This document shows positions 25,981 through 39,061 of a stretch of 64,000 nucleotides of DNA, piece by piece; position 1 is the first letter of the stretch; each line of letters opens with the position of its first letter. Source of the stretch: Mobula hypostoma. Taxonomy: Eukaryota. Below the pieces are notes generated by a model, which did no database searches, was not told where the DNA came from, and was given only the letters and a program-made list of their open reading frames with translations. Location of the stretch: assembly GCF_963921235.1 (NCBI RefSeq), contig NC_086097.1, positions 151,158,001 to 151,222,000 on the forward strand. Direction: 5' to 3'. A program made the position numbers and the translations under genes.

Positions 25981-28327
25981 CAGTATGTGAGCTGTACAAC
26001 CAGAGGGGAGAGGACTCTGGATTTGATGTACGCTAACGTTAAGGATGCATGCAGCTCCTCTCCCCTCCCCCCACTGGGAAGGTCAGATCACAACCTGGTG
26101 CATCTAAAACCCTGCTATGTTCCTCTGTTGAAGAATAAGCCTGCAACCTCGAGGACAGTGAGAAAATAGTCGGAGGAGGCTTATGAGGCGCTCCAGGGTT
26201 GTTTTGAGGTGACAGACTGGCAGGCACTCTGTGAGCCACATGGAGAGGATATTGATGGGCTCACAGAATGCATCACGGATTACATCAACTTCTGTGTGAA
26301 CTGCAATGTTCCGACAAGAACTGTCCTTTGTTATTCAAATAACAAGCCATGGGTGACAAAGGACATTAAGGACATCCTGAACGCTAAAAAGAGGGTGTTT
26401 AGAGATGGAAATAGGGAGGAGCCAAGGGCAATACAGAGGGACCTGAAAGCCAGGATCAGGGAGGATAAAGACAGGTACAGGAGGAAGCTTGAGTGGAAAC
26501 TCCAGCAGAACAACATGAGAGAGGTCTGGAGGGGGATGAGGACCATCACTGGGTTCCGGCAAACTAGCAACAGAGGAGCAGAAGGCAATGTGGACAGGGC
26601 CAATGAACTTAACTTGTTCTTTAACAGATTTGACATTGTGGCCCCTGCCCATCCCACACACGAGCCATCTGTTGTCGGCCCCCAACCAACACATATTCCA
26701 CTCTCCCCTCCTACCCCTCCTCACTGTCCCCCACCCTGCTCTCATGACTATACCCCTTCCCCACACGAAATCACCATGGTGGGCTTCACAGCTGAACAGG
26801 TGAGAAGACAGCTGAAACGTCTCAACCCAAGCAAGGCTGCAGGACCGGTTGGTGTCAGTACCAGGGTGCTCAAAGCCTGTGCCCCTCAGCTATGTGTACT
26901 TCACCATGTATTCAACCTGAGCCTGAGGCTCCGGAGGGTTCCTGTACTGTGGAAGACGTCCTGCCTCGTCCCTGTGCCGAAGACGCCGCGCCCCAGCGGT
27001 ATTGACCTCCCACATCATGAAGACCCTGGAGAGACTTGTTCTGGAGCTGCTCCAGCCTATGGTCAGGCCACACTTAGATCCTCTCCAGTTCGCCTACCAG
27101 CCCCGACTAGGAGTTGAGGATGCCATCGTCTACCTGCTGAACCGTGTTTATGCCCACCTGGACAAGCCAGCGAGCACTGTGAGGGTCATGTTTTTTGACT
27201 TCTCCAGTGCATTCAACACCATCCGCCCTGCTCTGCTGGGGGAGAAGCTGACAGCGATGCAGGTAGATGCTTTCCTGGTATCATGGACCCTTGATTACCT
27301 GACTGGCAGACCACAGTACGTGTGCTTGCAACACTGTGTGTCCGACAGAGTAATCAGCAGCACTGGGGCTCCACAGGGGACTGTCTTGTCTCCCTTTCTC
27401 TTCACCATTTACACCTCAGACTTCAACTACTGCACAGAGTCTTGTCATCTTCAGAAGTGTTCGGATGACTCTGCCATAGTTGGATGCATCAGCAAGGGAG
27501 ATGAGGCTGAGTACAGGGCTACGGTAGGAAACTTTGTCACATGGGGTGAGTAGAATTATCTGCAGCTTAATGTGAAAAAGACTGAGGAGCTGGTGGTAGA
27601 CCTGAGGAGAGCTAAGGTACCAGTGACCCCTGTTTGCATCCAGGGGGAAAGTGTGGACATGGTGGAGGATTACAAGTACCTGGGGATATGAATTGACAAT
27701 AAACTGGACTGATCAAAGAACACTGAGGCTGTCTACAAGAAGGGTCAGAGCCATCTCTATTTCCTGAGGAGACTGAGGTCCTTTAACATCTGCCGGACGA
27801 TGCTGAGGATGTTCTACGAGTCTGTGGTGGCCAGTGCTATCATGTTTGCTGTTGTGTGCTGGGGCAGCAGGCTGAGGGTAGCAGACACCAACAGAATCAA
27901 CAAACTCATCCATAAGGCCAGTGATGTTGTGGGGATGGAACTGGACTCTCTCACGGTGGTGTCTGAAAAGAGGATGCTGTCTAAGTTGCATGCCATCTTG
28001 GACAATGTCTCCCATCCACTACATAATGTACTGGGTGGCCACAGGAGTACATTCAGCCAGAGCCTCATTCCACTGAGATGCAGCACAGAGCGTCATAGGA
28101 AGTCATTCCTGCCTGTGACCATCAAACTTTACAACTCCTCCCTTGGAGGGTCAGACACCCTGAGCCAATAGGCTTGTCCTGGACTGATTTCATAATTTAC
28201 TGGCATAATTTACATATTACTATTTAACTATTTATGGTTCTATTACTACTTATTATTTATGGTACAACTGTAATGAAAACCAATTTCCCCCGGGATCAAT
28301 AAAGTATGACTATAACTATGACTATGA
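25981..28327 (+). mobile_element. Rex1-type LINE, 5'-truncated, relatively little decayed
   Basis: ORFs 26209-27117, 27002-27553 (DPLQFAY, FFDFSSAFNTI, GAPQGTVLSPFLF, SDDS) and 27800-28171; tail aataaagtatgactataactatgactatga; taaagc at both junctions. Confidence 0.96.
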
Positions 28328-28979
28328 TAAAGCCTATCAAATGGTGAAAGAGCTTGATAGTAGATGTGGAGATGTTTCCCATGGTGGGAGAATCTAGGAC
28401 TAGAGGACACAGCCTCAAAATAGAGGAGCGTTCTTTTGGAATGGAGAAGAGGAGGAATTTCTTTAGCCAAAGAGTGATGAATCTGTGGAATTCTTTACAC
28501 AGGCAGCTGTGGAGGCCAAGTCTTTATGTATATTTAAGGCAGAGGTAGATAGATTCTTGATTGGTTAGGGCATGAATGGATACAGAGAGGCCGGAGATTG
28601 AGGATGAGAGGAAAATTGGATCAGCTGTGATGAAAAGGTGGAACAGGCTTGATGGGCAAAATTGCCTATTCCTACTCTTATATCTCATGTTCTTAAATAT
28701 TAATCAAATTGTTCTATAAACTTCCATTTTCCTCTATTTACGTGACACTGCATTTTGATCTGTTCGCTACTCTATATTTTTATAAACCCCTAAAATTCTC
28801 AAAGCATTGAAAATAAAGAAAGAAAAACAGTAAGAAAATCACAAGAAAGGTTCAGATGACTGAAAGAGCAATGATAAATTGTGATGTCAATCTGGGTGGT
28901 AGACACGTCTGGATACACCCCTATGAATGTCATACTCTCTGCACAAGAATTGTGTGCTTACTCTCTGGAATAATTTGAG

Positions 28980-29320
28980 AAGGGATCAGAGGAAACAGCG
29001 GGGTGAATGCTGAGTCTAATGGGAAATGTAGAAGAGTTTAAAGGCTGCAACGGGTGAGAAGGGCAGTCTCAGGATGAAGGGTTCGGCTGTTTAGAACTGA
29101 GACGGGTGAGTGATTTGAAATAGAGGATTATGATCTTTGGAATTCTCCAGCAGGCTTTGGATATTCAATCACTAGATTCAAGGCTGAGATCAATTAGTCA
29201 CTAAAGGAATCAGAGAGTCAGCAAAAAAAGTGGTTTGGGTATGAGATCAATCATGAGTTTGAATGACAGAACAGCCCTGAGGGACTAAATGTTCAACTCT
29301 GCATCTGTCTCTAATGAGTT
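28980..29320 (+). mobile_element. Ancient CR1 3' fragment
   Basis: gggcagtctcaggatgaagggtt..tttagaactgag..ctttggaattctcc..ttcaaggctgagatcaat. Confidence 0.65.
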
Positions 29321-30899
29321 GCTAGTGTTCTCCAGTGTGTTAGTGAAAATACTTCCTCTTTCATCTTAAAGTGAAGTGTATGGCGAATATTAAAATCTGA
29401 GAAACTCTGGTTCTAGGTTAGAGACATAGTGAAAAACACACAATGACCTAACTTATGTTAATCAATAAAATATTGGAATGAAGAATAATATTCAAGAGAT
29501 TGATTGACGACCTTTAGTCCTTCATTTTTTACCTCTTTGTGTTTTAGAAAGTCAGGAACTATACCCTTTACTTCTTTAACTTGTTTACACAGTAATTGCT
29601 TGGAGTGTTTGAACAATTCCAGTACCTATCAATCAATCTAGACTGCCATTATGAGATGCACATCATGAATTTGATGGATAATATTTTGTAGTACAATTGT
29701 ATTTAATTTCTGGAGGTTCACATGATAGCTGAGTAGTTGGACAGAAACAGGGAGCTCTAAGGCTTGTCACAGGTCTGTGCAAGTTGACCTCAGCCGCAAT
29801 TACCATTAGTACTTCTTGCCAGGTCAAGAAAACAATCCAAACTCTTCACTTCCACTTAATCTATACCACAGCTGTGATGCCCAAACAAATGAACAGACGA
29901 AACTCCCTGACAAGACCCCACATGAATGCAAACAGTTGGCTGGAAAGAAGGTAGGGCAAACAATGTGGCACCGCTGTGCAACATGAGTTTAACACTGTGA
30001 AGTGAGGAAGGAGAGGAAAGCCAGAAAATTTGAATATAAGGAATAAGAATAATGACTTAGTACAAAACTAAGTGTTCATTATTACATAATGCAATTAAAA
30101 CTAGCAATATCAAAGAAATTCTTTTTAGGGGAATGATGCAGAGAGAGTTACATAGTAGAAAATCATAAGACAACAAGACTCAATGGAAAATTTGCAAAAC
30201 AAATATTTAATAAAATCATGAAGCAGGAAGAATACCTTGACTGAAAATGGTTATGGTGTATTCTGGTCAGGTAGTATTAAAGAATAGAGGAAGATAAGCA
30301 ATAGGAACAGGAGCAGGCTATTCGTCCCTCATTCCTGCTTCCCTAGTCAATCAGGTCACGGATGAGCTTTAATCTCAACACTACTTTGCTGTAATAATGC
30401 CACTTCCACTGATTCACTTAATATCAACAATAAAGTATGTCCTAATGGCCTACTAGAATTATTTTAAAGTCAAACTTTGGTCAATTCTTTCAGCTGTTGT
30501 TGGAAACAACATGGGACTTTTTGTATTACAAGGGAAGTAATTCAAGTACTATTAAAGACAAATGAAAAAGCAGTATTTTTGAGCAAATATAAGCTTACAA
30601 AAAGGTTATTCTTTCCAAACGAATTAAGTGAATGCACTAAGCATGTATCAAAATTGGTGGTTTTGTATAAGGTAAAGGGTATCACACATCTAAAACTTTT
30701 AGAAGATATTTGAAATCATGCTTCTCAGGAGATAAGTGGCTAAAATGAGAGCCCTTGGAGATAAAATAGGAAGAGATAAATAAGATAATAACTTCCAAAA
30801 ATACTAAGGAGGGTAGTGATCAATGTTTGCAATGTTTTGGAGACTTGGAGATCGTGGAGAACCTTAGGAGTTAATAAATAAAATAATATTTTAAAATTT

Positions 30900-31175
30900 A
30901 TTTTATTTATTTAGTGATACAGCACAGAGTTGGCCCTTCTGGCCCTTCGAGACACGTCATCCTAGCAACCCCACAACCCTGATAACCCTATCTTACAATG
31001 ACCAATTAACCTACCTGGTACGTCTTTGGACTGTGGAGGAAACTGGAGCACCAGGGGAAAACCCATAAATTCCACAGGGAGGGTGCACAGAATGGTGCCG
31101 GAATTGAACTCTGAACTCCGGTATGCCCCAAGCTGTAACAGCATTACACTAGCCACTACACTTCCATGGCACCCC
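30900..31175 (-). mobile_element. V-SINE with CR1-like tail
   Basis: Minus strand: tRNA-like head (gtgtagtggctag, gagttcaattcc), V-domain ctccagtttcctccacagtccaaagacgtac, tail gggccagaagggccaactctgtgctgtatc(taaa)n. Confidence 0.85.
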
Positions 31176-31990
31176 AAAATATTTATGAAGATTTAAATAA
31201 ATGTGTAAGTGATCTGAAAAACATATTAATACAGAATATTTAAACTTACAATTAATTCCTATATATCACAAGAGAAGCGCAGTTGAAGAAAACACTTAAG
31301 TCTATTCCCAGTACACAAACACAGAAATTTATTGTGTGGATCCAAACACAAAATGCACCTTCAAAGAAAGTTTAGTTATTAGGTGTGGGTAAAGCTGATA
31401 TATATATATATTTGGGAAATGGAAACGTTAAAATACATTAACAATGCATTTTTAAAACATGCACTCACTGGAACAGGAATGCTTGAGATAACTGGTTGCA
31501 AATGAGAACCCTGTAAGTAAAAGCAGGAGGTTCGGTGCCAAAAGTGGGTTTTGGCATGTGGGTATTAGATGGAGTCAATATGAACCACATGAGTCCCAGA
31601 ATAATGAGAGCATCCCAGCAGCTTTGTGCAGCTCTGGTAATTCATTGTTCCACTTGCCTTCCACTGTCTCTTGGAAACATTTGAAAGGATTTGTGCTTTA
31701 CATCATTTCCCTATCGCACTTCCAAGCTTCCAAGCTTCACCGACATGCTGTGTTATACAGAGAGCAGAACAGTGTGACTATTCAGGAGATAATGGCTAAT
31801 GCAAACTGAACAGTGCTTTAGAATCTGTCCATATATTTTGTTTTGTTATGCATATCTAGGATCCAGGCATTGCTGGCAAGGTGAGTATTTCCAAGTCAGG
31901 ATGTTGTGGGCCCTTGGAGGGAACCTGCAGGTGGGGCTGTTCCCAACTGCCTTGTTCTTTTTCGTGAAAGTGGTCACAAGTTTGAGATAC

Positions 31991-32110
31991 ACATATCAAA
32001 GTTGCTGGTGAACGCAACAGGCCAGGCAGCATCTCTAGGAAGAGGTACAGTCGACGTTTCGGGCCGAGACCCTTCGTCAGGACCTAACTGAAAGAAGAGC
32101 TAGTAAGAGA
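31991..32110 (-). mobile_element. Penelope-like terminal fragment containing a hammerhead motif (32048-32085)
   Basis: Reverse complement ggtc-CTGACGA-agggtctcggccc-GAAAC-GTC-gactgtacctc. Confidence 0.88.
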
Positions 32111-32869
32111 GGTAGAGCACCAGTAGAGCATTTTGCAAGTAGTGCTACTGTGTACCCCTGTGGAGACAATGGTTTTTTTTGGCATCTCCAGCAGGGGATA
32201 TATTGTTTGAATGAATATCAGGTTATCTCACACCAAGAATCATAGCACTCTTGGACCTCATACTTCAGGTTACTGAAGGGTGTTATCAGATATGCTTTGA
32301 ATATTTCTTGACACCAATAAGCTAAGAGATTGTTGAGTGCAGCATGCAACAGAATGAAAAAAAGCATCAAAACTATTTGAGAATTTTGAGCAGCGATATA
32401 TAAGCATCTTTTAGTTGCTATAGTAATGTATATACTGTAGCTGAAAAAATATTATGCTGACACCAAAAATGTACTCATCAGATTACTTCAAAAATAAATT
32501 TTCTCCTTAGGTTATGTATAGGTTGAGATAACACCCTAAGGTCAAATCCTGACCTCAATGGCCAATTACATGTGAAGTATTATGTGCCAAACAAACAGGG
32601 CAAGCAAACTTCCTAAAGACTGCTTCCTCTAATTTGCCATGAGATATCCTTTGCACACGTTCTATTAGATTTTAACTGATGTAATCATATCCCTGCAGCA
32701 AGCAAACAAAGCGACCTATGGCAACATCCTGCAGACAGCTCACGAAAATACTTCTTCGACTCTTTCTTTCAAATATGATTCTACTACTAAGCTGTGTGCG
32801 ATTGGAACCAGTGATATAGGTTTTGATGGTATGTTTTTGGGCCAAATGAGTGATCCGGCAGTTTGTTGT

Positions 32870-33519
32870 CTCCAAAGGAGTTTGGTGAGATTGGGAGTGG
32901 AGTGTGCAGCCTGGAGGCCTGATTGACTACAATACTTCTCGCCAATTCAGGTATTGAGCAAGGTTGAAGCCATTAAAGACGAGAGTAGAGGAAGGACAAG
33001 TGTTCGGCAGAGTCTTTCTGCATTTGTCCAGTCTTCCGCTCCTTCTCTCTAGCTGCTTTCAGAGGAAAGTGCTGAAGTTTTGGATTCTACATTGCAAATA
33101 TGATCAACAAGTTTCATGGACGTGGACTCATTTTAGGGGACTTTGAGGTCATGTTGCATGTGTTACTGGATTCAAGTTACTCCTTTTTGCTGTTTTAGAG
33201 CAGTTTGATCAGTGAGGACTGGGGCGTTTTGGTGAAGTCTGGTTCTGCGGCGTGCATTCGGCTAAGGCCACTGAGCAGAACTAAACTGAATACTCCTGAG
33301 TTTCTGGTGTGATGTTTGATATTCCATGTGTTGTTCACTCACTTTTTGCTGTATGTGCAATTTGTTCTTTTTTCGTGCATTGGGTCTTTGATGTTTTTCA
33401 AGGAACGGGTTCCATGGAGCTTTTTTGTTTTGTGGCTACCTGCTGGAAGACAAATCTCAGAGTTGTGTTCTGTCTACATACTTTGATAATACATGTACTT
33501 TGAACTTTGAACTTTGAAG
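32870..33519 (+). mobile_element. Non-coding retroposon with Rex-type tail (5' boundary uncertain)
   Basis: Ends aatctcagagttgtg..tttgataatacatgtactttgaactttgaactttgaa, like 21480-21545. Confidence 0.7.
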
Positions 33520-35289
33520 AAGGCAAATATCCTGGTAAACCAAAAATTGACTAAAAGTTAAAATGAAATTCCTTTCTCAAGGTGCTGCAGGGCCTGTGTG
33601 TCAGAGATAAATCTATGAAAAAAACTTTAAGCTAGAAAAGAAATCCTCAATTATTTGCTTACTTGAAAGACAAACATTTTATCTTGATCTATGTTATATA
33701 ACACAGTTATAAAACTGGCAAGCCATCACATAAATAGCAAGATGACTTCATTATGTCTAGCTCTGTCCTGAACTGCCTGCAGATGTGAATATTAGCAGAA
33801 ACATTCGTTAACAAGTTTATATAAGTTTGAAAACCTGAAAAAACTTTACTCCATGATAGTACCTTTGTTGTGGTAATGGGACCTCAGCTACCATCCTTTA
33901 TTGCATTCACCCATCACATCGAGCCGCTCGTTATTTCCACTCTTCTCACCTCCATCACCCCTCCGCCTGGCACTTGCCAGATCTTGCTCCATTTTTTTCC
34001 CTCATTTCTTTATACAGGCTTTTCTCCCTCTGCTCCAGATGAATGGTCTACTCAAAATGTTCTAGAAGTGAAGTGTGCTGAGAGAGAGGAGTTACTGCGA
34101 TTAAGGGTTTTGGTGTTGTGAGGGACTCCTAGTAAGAAGTCAGAGGAAGAATAACCTGAGTGGTCAGCGTTTTCATTTCTATCTAAAGTCATTTGAGTTG
34201 GAGAATAGTCCATATCTGAGTTAAAAAGAGTAGCTTGTAAGACAACTGTAAAAAGCATTGACTTCTGTCGGGAAAGATAGTCAGAAGTTGCAGTTCAGGA
34301 TGAAGAAATGGAAAGTACAGAATACAGAGACTCTATTAACGTACAATAGTTTGCAATAATTTATAACATCTGTTCAGTTATTCATGGAACATTATGTGTA
34401 ACATCATTTGCCATTTTTGTGTTTATCATATTTTACTTGTGGAATTTGTTTAGGTTTTAAATAAACTGTTTAAGACAGTTTTGAGTTCTGTTGCTCTGTA
34501 GGTCTTGACAGATTTTCTCCACCTGGATGGGCTCAAATAGAACTTCAGGAAATAGCTGTAGGAGAATTTACCTGCATCAGCAGAGCATCAAAAGTCATGT
34601 CTAGCTGCTGTAATACCTGTTGAAACACAGGACATTGGGTTGAACCTATTTAGGTTTGCAGTACATTAATGTCACAAGAGAGTTGTAGAATATTAAATTT
34701 AACCCTATTGATACAGTATCTGAGATTCCAAGTTGATTGTGAGGAGAATCAATTTGGACATCTTACAAAATGCTTTTCAAGTGTCAAGCAATGGTTTGGA
34801 TATAAATAAAGGCATGGAAAGCACAAGTCAGCTGGTCCATCGAGTTTTTGGTCAATGCTGAGTCAATTATATTGATGTTGGGGTTTCTGCAATAGTAGAA
34901 CAATTTAAATATTAGATTGATAGATTTCTCCTGCTGGGAATAGTCATAGTCTGGCAGTTGTGTGGTGTGAATGATGTTTGCTACTTAGTATTGCTTGAGT
35001 GTTGCCTTAGCCTTTCTTCATGCAGGTAAGAACTGCTTCAATTACTGAGAGGAACTTGTTGGATACAGCCAACAGTGAGCTCCCACACTTCTGAGCTTAT
35101 GATATAAGGAAAGTCAATGATGAAACATTTGTAGATAATTGGACCTAGGATTTGTTTCTGAGAAAGTCCTACAGAGGTATGGTATATCCTGGCCTACAAA
35201 TGATTGATCCCCTACCCCCCATCCAACCCAAACATAACATTTTCCATTGTGCGGAGTGTCATTCCAGCAAATGGAGAGCTTTTACTCCT

Positions 35290-37615
35290 CTGCTCTTCAA
35301 CCATCCTCCTCCTCTTGGACAACCTCCTCTGCTCTTCTGCCTGCTCTGAATTTTCTCATCCTTCCCTGCCGATGAGACAAAAACCACCTTGACTTTAACA
35401 CTCCCCTCTCTAACTTAAACCTCATACCCCCTGAACATGCTGCTCTCCACTCTCTCTGCACTAGTCCCAACCTCACCATCAAACCTGTAGATAAGGGGTT
35501 GCTGTAGTAGTCTGGTGGACTGACCTCAACCTTGCTAAGGCCAGATGGCAACTCTCAGACACCTCTTCTTACTTATCCCTCGAACAGGACCCACTAACGA
35601 ACACCAGGCCTTTGTCTCCCGCACCGTCACTGACCACATCAACTCTGGGGATCTCCCATCCACTGCCACCAACTTCATAATTCCCTTACCCTGCACCTCC
35701 AGTTTCTACCTCCTATTGAAGATCCACGAATCTGACTGTCACGTAGACCCATTGTTTCTGTCTATCTGGTCTCACTGAACTCATGTCCTCATACCTCAAC
35801 ACCATCCTATCACCCTTGGTTCAGTCCCTTCCTACCTATATCTGTGACACTCCACATGCACTCGATCTCTTCAATTACTTCAGGTTCCCTGGCCTCGATT
35901 GTCTTATTTTCACTATGAATATCCAGTCCCTGTACATTTCTATCCCCAATCCGAAGGGCCCTAAAGGTCTTCATTTCTTTCTGGACGCTAGACCCACCTA
36001 GTTCCCCTCCTGCATCTGGCAGAACTAGTCCTCACCCTCAACAATTTCTCCTTCAGCTTCTCTCACTTGCTTCAGCCTCAAGGTGTAGCCATAGGCATTT
36101 GGATGGGTCCCAGCCAAGCCTGCTTTTTTGTTAGCTACATGGAATAGTCCATGTTCCAAGCCTACACCAGCATTGCTCTCCAACTCTTTCTACGCTACAT
36201 TGATGACTGTTGGTGCTGCTTCCTGCACCCAAGCTGAGCTAGTCAATTTCATCAATCTTGCCTCCACCTTCCACCCCACCCTACCCTCATACCTTACTTG
36301 ATCCATTTCCAAAAACTCTCTCCCCTTTCTTGATCTCTCTGTCTCCATCTCTAGAGATGGTCTATCTAGTGATACCTTTTATACACCTAATGACTCTCAC
36401 AGCTATCTTGATTATACCTCCTCCTACCCTGTCACTTGTAAAAAATGTCATTCCCTTTACTCCATTCCTTTGTCTCTGTCACATCTGCTCTCAGGTTGAG
36501 GTTTTCATTCCTGAACAACTGAAATGTCCTCCTTCTTCAAAGAAAGGGGCTTCCCTTTATCCACTATCAACACTGACCTCACTTGAATCTCTTTCATTTT
36601 GCGTACATTGGTCCTCACCCCATCCTCCCACCACCACTCCAGGGCTAGGGTTCCTCTTGTCCTCCCCACAAGCCTAACACATAATTCTCCATAAATTCCA
36701 CCATCTCCAATGGGATCCCACCACCAAGCACATCTTTCCCTCACCCAACTTTCCACTTTCCATAGGGATCACTCGCTATGTGACTCCCTTGTCCACTCAT
36801 CCTTTACCACTGATCTCCCTCCCAGCACTTATCCTTGTAAACAGAACAAGAGCCACATCTGGCCCTATACCTGCTCCCTCACTACCATTCAGGGCCCCAA
36901 ACAGTTCTTTCAGGTGAGGCAACAATTCACCTGCAAGTCTGTTTTGGTTATCTACTGTATCTGGTGCTCCCAGTGTGGCTTCCTGTATATTAGTGCGACC
37001 CGACGTAGATAAGGAGACTACTTCGTCGAACACCTATGCTCCGTCCGCCAGAAAAAGCGGGAACTGGTGGCCACCCATTTTAATTCCACTTCCCATTCAC
37101 ATTCCAACTTGTCAGTCCATGGCCCCCTCTACTGCCATTATGAGGCCACACCCAGGTTGGAGGAGCAACACGTTATATTCCTTCTGGGTACCCTCCAACC
37201 TAATGGCATGAACATCGATTTCTCAAACTTCCAGTAATTATGCCCCTCCTCTCCTTCACCATTCCCCATTCCCATTTCCCGCTCTCTCCTTATCAATACC
37301 TCCCTTTGGTGTTCCTCTCCCTTACCTTTCTTCCATGGCCTTCTGTCCTCACCTATCAAATTCCCCCTTTTCCAGCCCTTTATCTCTTCGACCAATCAAC
37401 TTCCCAGCTCTTTACTTCACCCCTCCCCCCTCCCAGTTTCACTTATCACCTGCCACCTTGAACTTTTCCACCCATCTCCTTACCTACTTGTTCGGACTTC
37501 CTCCCCCTTCTTTTCCAGTTGTGACAAAGTGTCTCGGCTCGAAACATCCACTGTTTATTCCCATCCATAGATGCTGCCTGAGCTGCTGAGCTCCTCCAGC
37601 ACATTGTGTGTATTA
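35290..37615 (+). mobile_element. Penelope-like element (RT + GIY-YIG endonuclease), decayed
   Basis: TIKPVDKG, FYLLLKIH, FTMNIQSLY, GVAIGIWMGPS, RYIDD, QFTCKSVLVIYCIWCSQCGFLYISAT, LGTLQPNGMNIDF; degenerate hammerhead gtgacaaagtgtctcggctcgaaacatc at ~37521. Confidence 0.93.
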
Positions 37616-38014
37616 CAATGAAGAGTTTCATTTGATTCCCATTTTTTCCTGTTTTGCCAAGATCACTGGTGCCACATTCACTCAAATGCTTCCTTGATGT
37701 CAGGTGAACACCTCTGGAGCTTAACTCTCATAAAACATTCGAATCAAAAATTAGCAGATAAATTACTGAATTAAATTGACTTAATTACTTACATCCCTCA
37801 TATACACGTGGAGTAAAAACCTTTATGTTATCTCTCCGTCTAAAAGTGCAATGTGTAATTTATAGGAATAAATAAATTATAGAAGATATTCTAAGAGACC
37901 AGATATTTAAGTATTTTGACGGGGAGGGCCTGATTAAAAGATGGTTAATGTGGCTTTATGCATGAAATAAAGAATATCCTCATAATCTAATAATCTAATG
38001 ATCTAATAAAAATT

Positions 38015-38561
38015 ACTTGGTGTTTATTTTTCAGAGGACCTGCCTTGGGCCCAGCATGTAAGAGCAATTACGAAAAAAAATGTGGCAGCACCTCTACTTC
38101 ATTAAAGTTTGCACAGTTTCAGCATGACATCTAAAACTCTGACAAACTTCTATAGGTGTGTGCTGGAGAGTACATTGACTGGTTACATCACAGCCTGGTA
38201 TGGAAGCATCAATGCCCTTGAATGAAAAATCCTACAGAATGTAGTTTCCCATCATAGAGATATAACCACAACCTATGGACTCACTTTCAGGAACTCTTCA
38301 TTTCATATTCTTGATATTTATTGCTTATTTATTTATTACCATTATTTCTTTCTTTTTGTATTTGCGAAGTTTGTTATCTTTTGCACAAAGGTTGAATGGC
38401 CAAGTTGGTCTGGTTTTTAATTAATTCTATAATGGTTATTATTCTATTATAGATTTATTGAGTATGAATAAATGAATAAACGTGAAGACAATGAAACTCA
38501 AGGTTGCATGTGGTGACCTACACGTACTTTGATAATAAATTGACTTTGAACTTTGAACTTT
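38015..38561 (+). mobile_element. Rex1/Babar 3' fragment
   Basis: EDLPWAQH..QHLYFI..ESTLTGYITAWYG; tail actttgaactttgaacttt. Confidence 0.88.
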
Positions 38562-39061
38562 GGTAGGTCATGTCTCATCAGGTAGATGTAAAGTAGTTTA
38601 ATGCAGACAAAGTGTTGCACTTTGGGAGGACAAATCAGGGTAGGCCTTACACAGTGAGTAATAGGGCACTGAGGAGTATATTAGAACAAAGGGATCTGGG
38701 AATATGGACCATTAATTCCTTCAAAGTAGGGTCACAAGTAGATATAGTCATTATGAGAGCTTTTGACACAATGGCCTTCATATTGAGTACAGGAGTTGGG
38801 ATGTTATGTTGAACTTGTACAAGATGTTGATGAGGCTTAATTTGGAGTATTGTGTGCAGTTCTGATCACCTACCTACAGGAAAGATATTAATAAGATTGA
38901 CAGAGTACAGAAAAAGTATACAAGGATGCTGCTGGCACTTGAGTACCTGAGTTATAGGTTAGGACTTCATCTCCTGGAGCGCAGAAATTGAAGGAAGATT
39001 TGATAGAGGTATGCAAAATATTATGAGGGGTACAGGTAGGGTAGTTGCAAGCAGGCTTTTC

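Larger units (their letters stand above)
22240..28695 (+). mobile_element. Essentially full-length decayed CR1 LINE (5' UTR, ORF1 Zn finger/leucine zipper + SGNH esterase, ORF2), interrupted by Rex1 at 25981-28327
   Basis: SSCGMWE..KCIQPQIL..KELELEL; VIGDSLVRG..CCFLGARVQD; GVVYRSPNS; DFQKAFDKVPH; RPHLEYCEQVW; 3' part 28328-28695 RGHSLK..FFSQRVMNLWNSL and tail tcttatatctcatgttctt. Confidence 0.95.

Noticed and set aside
34074..34510. Possible solo LTR (TG..CA, AATAAA near the end)
   Set aside because: No second copy, PBS, PPT or clear TSD in the window.
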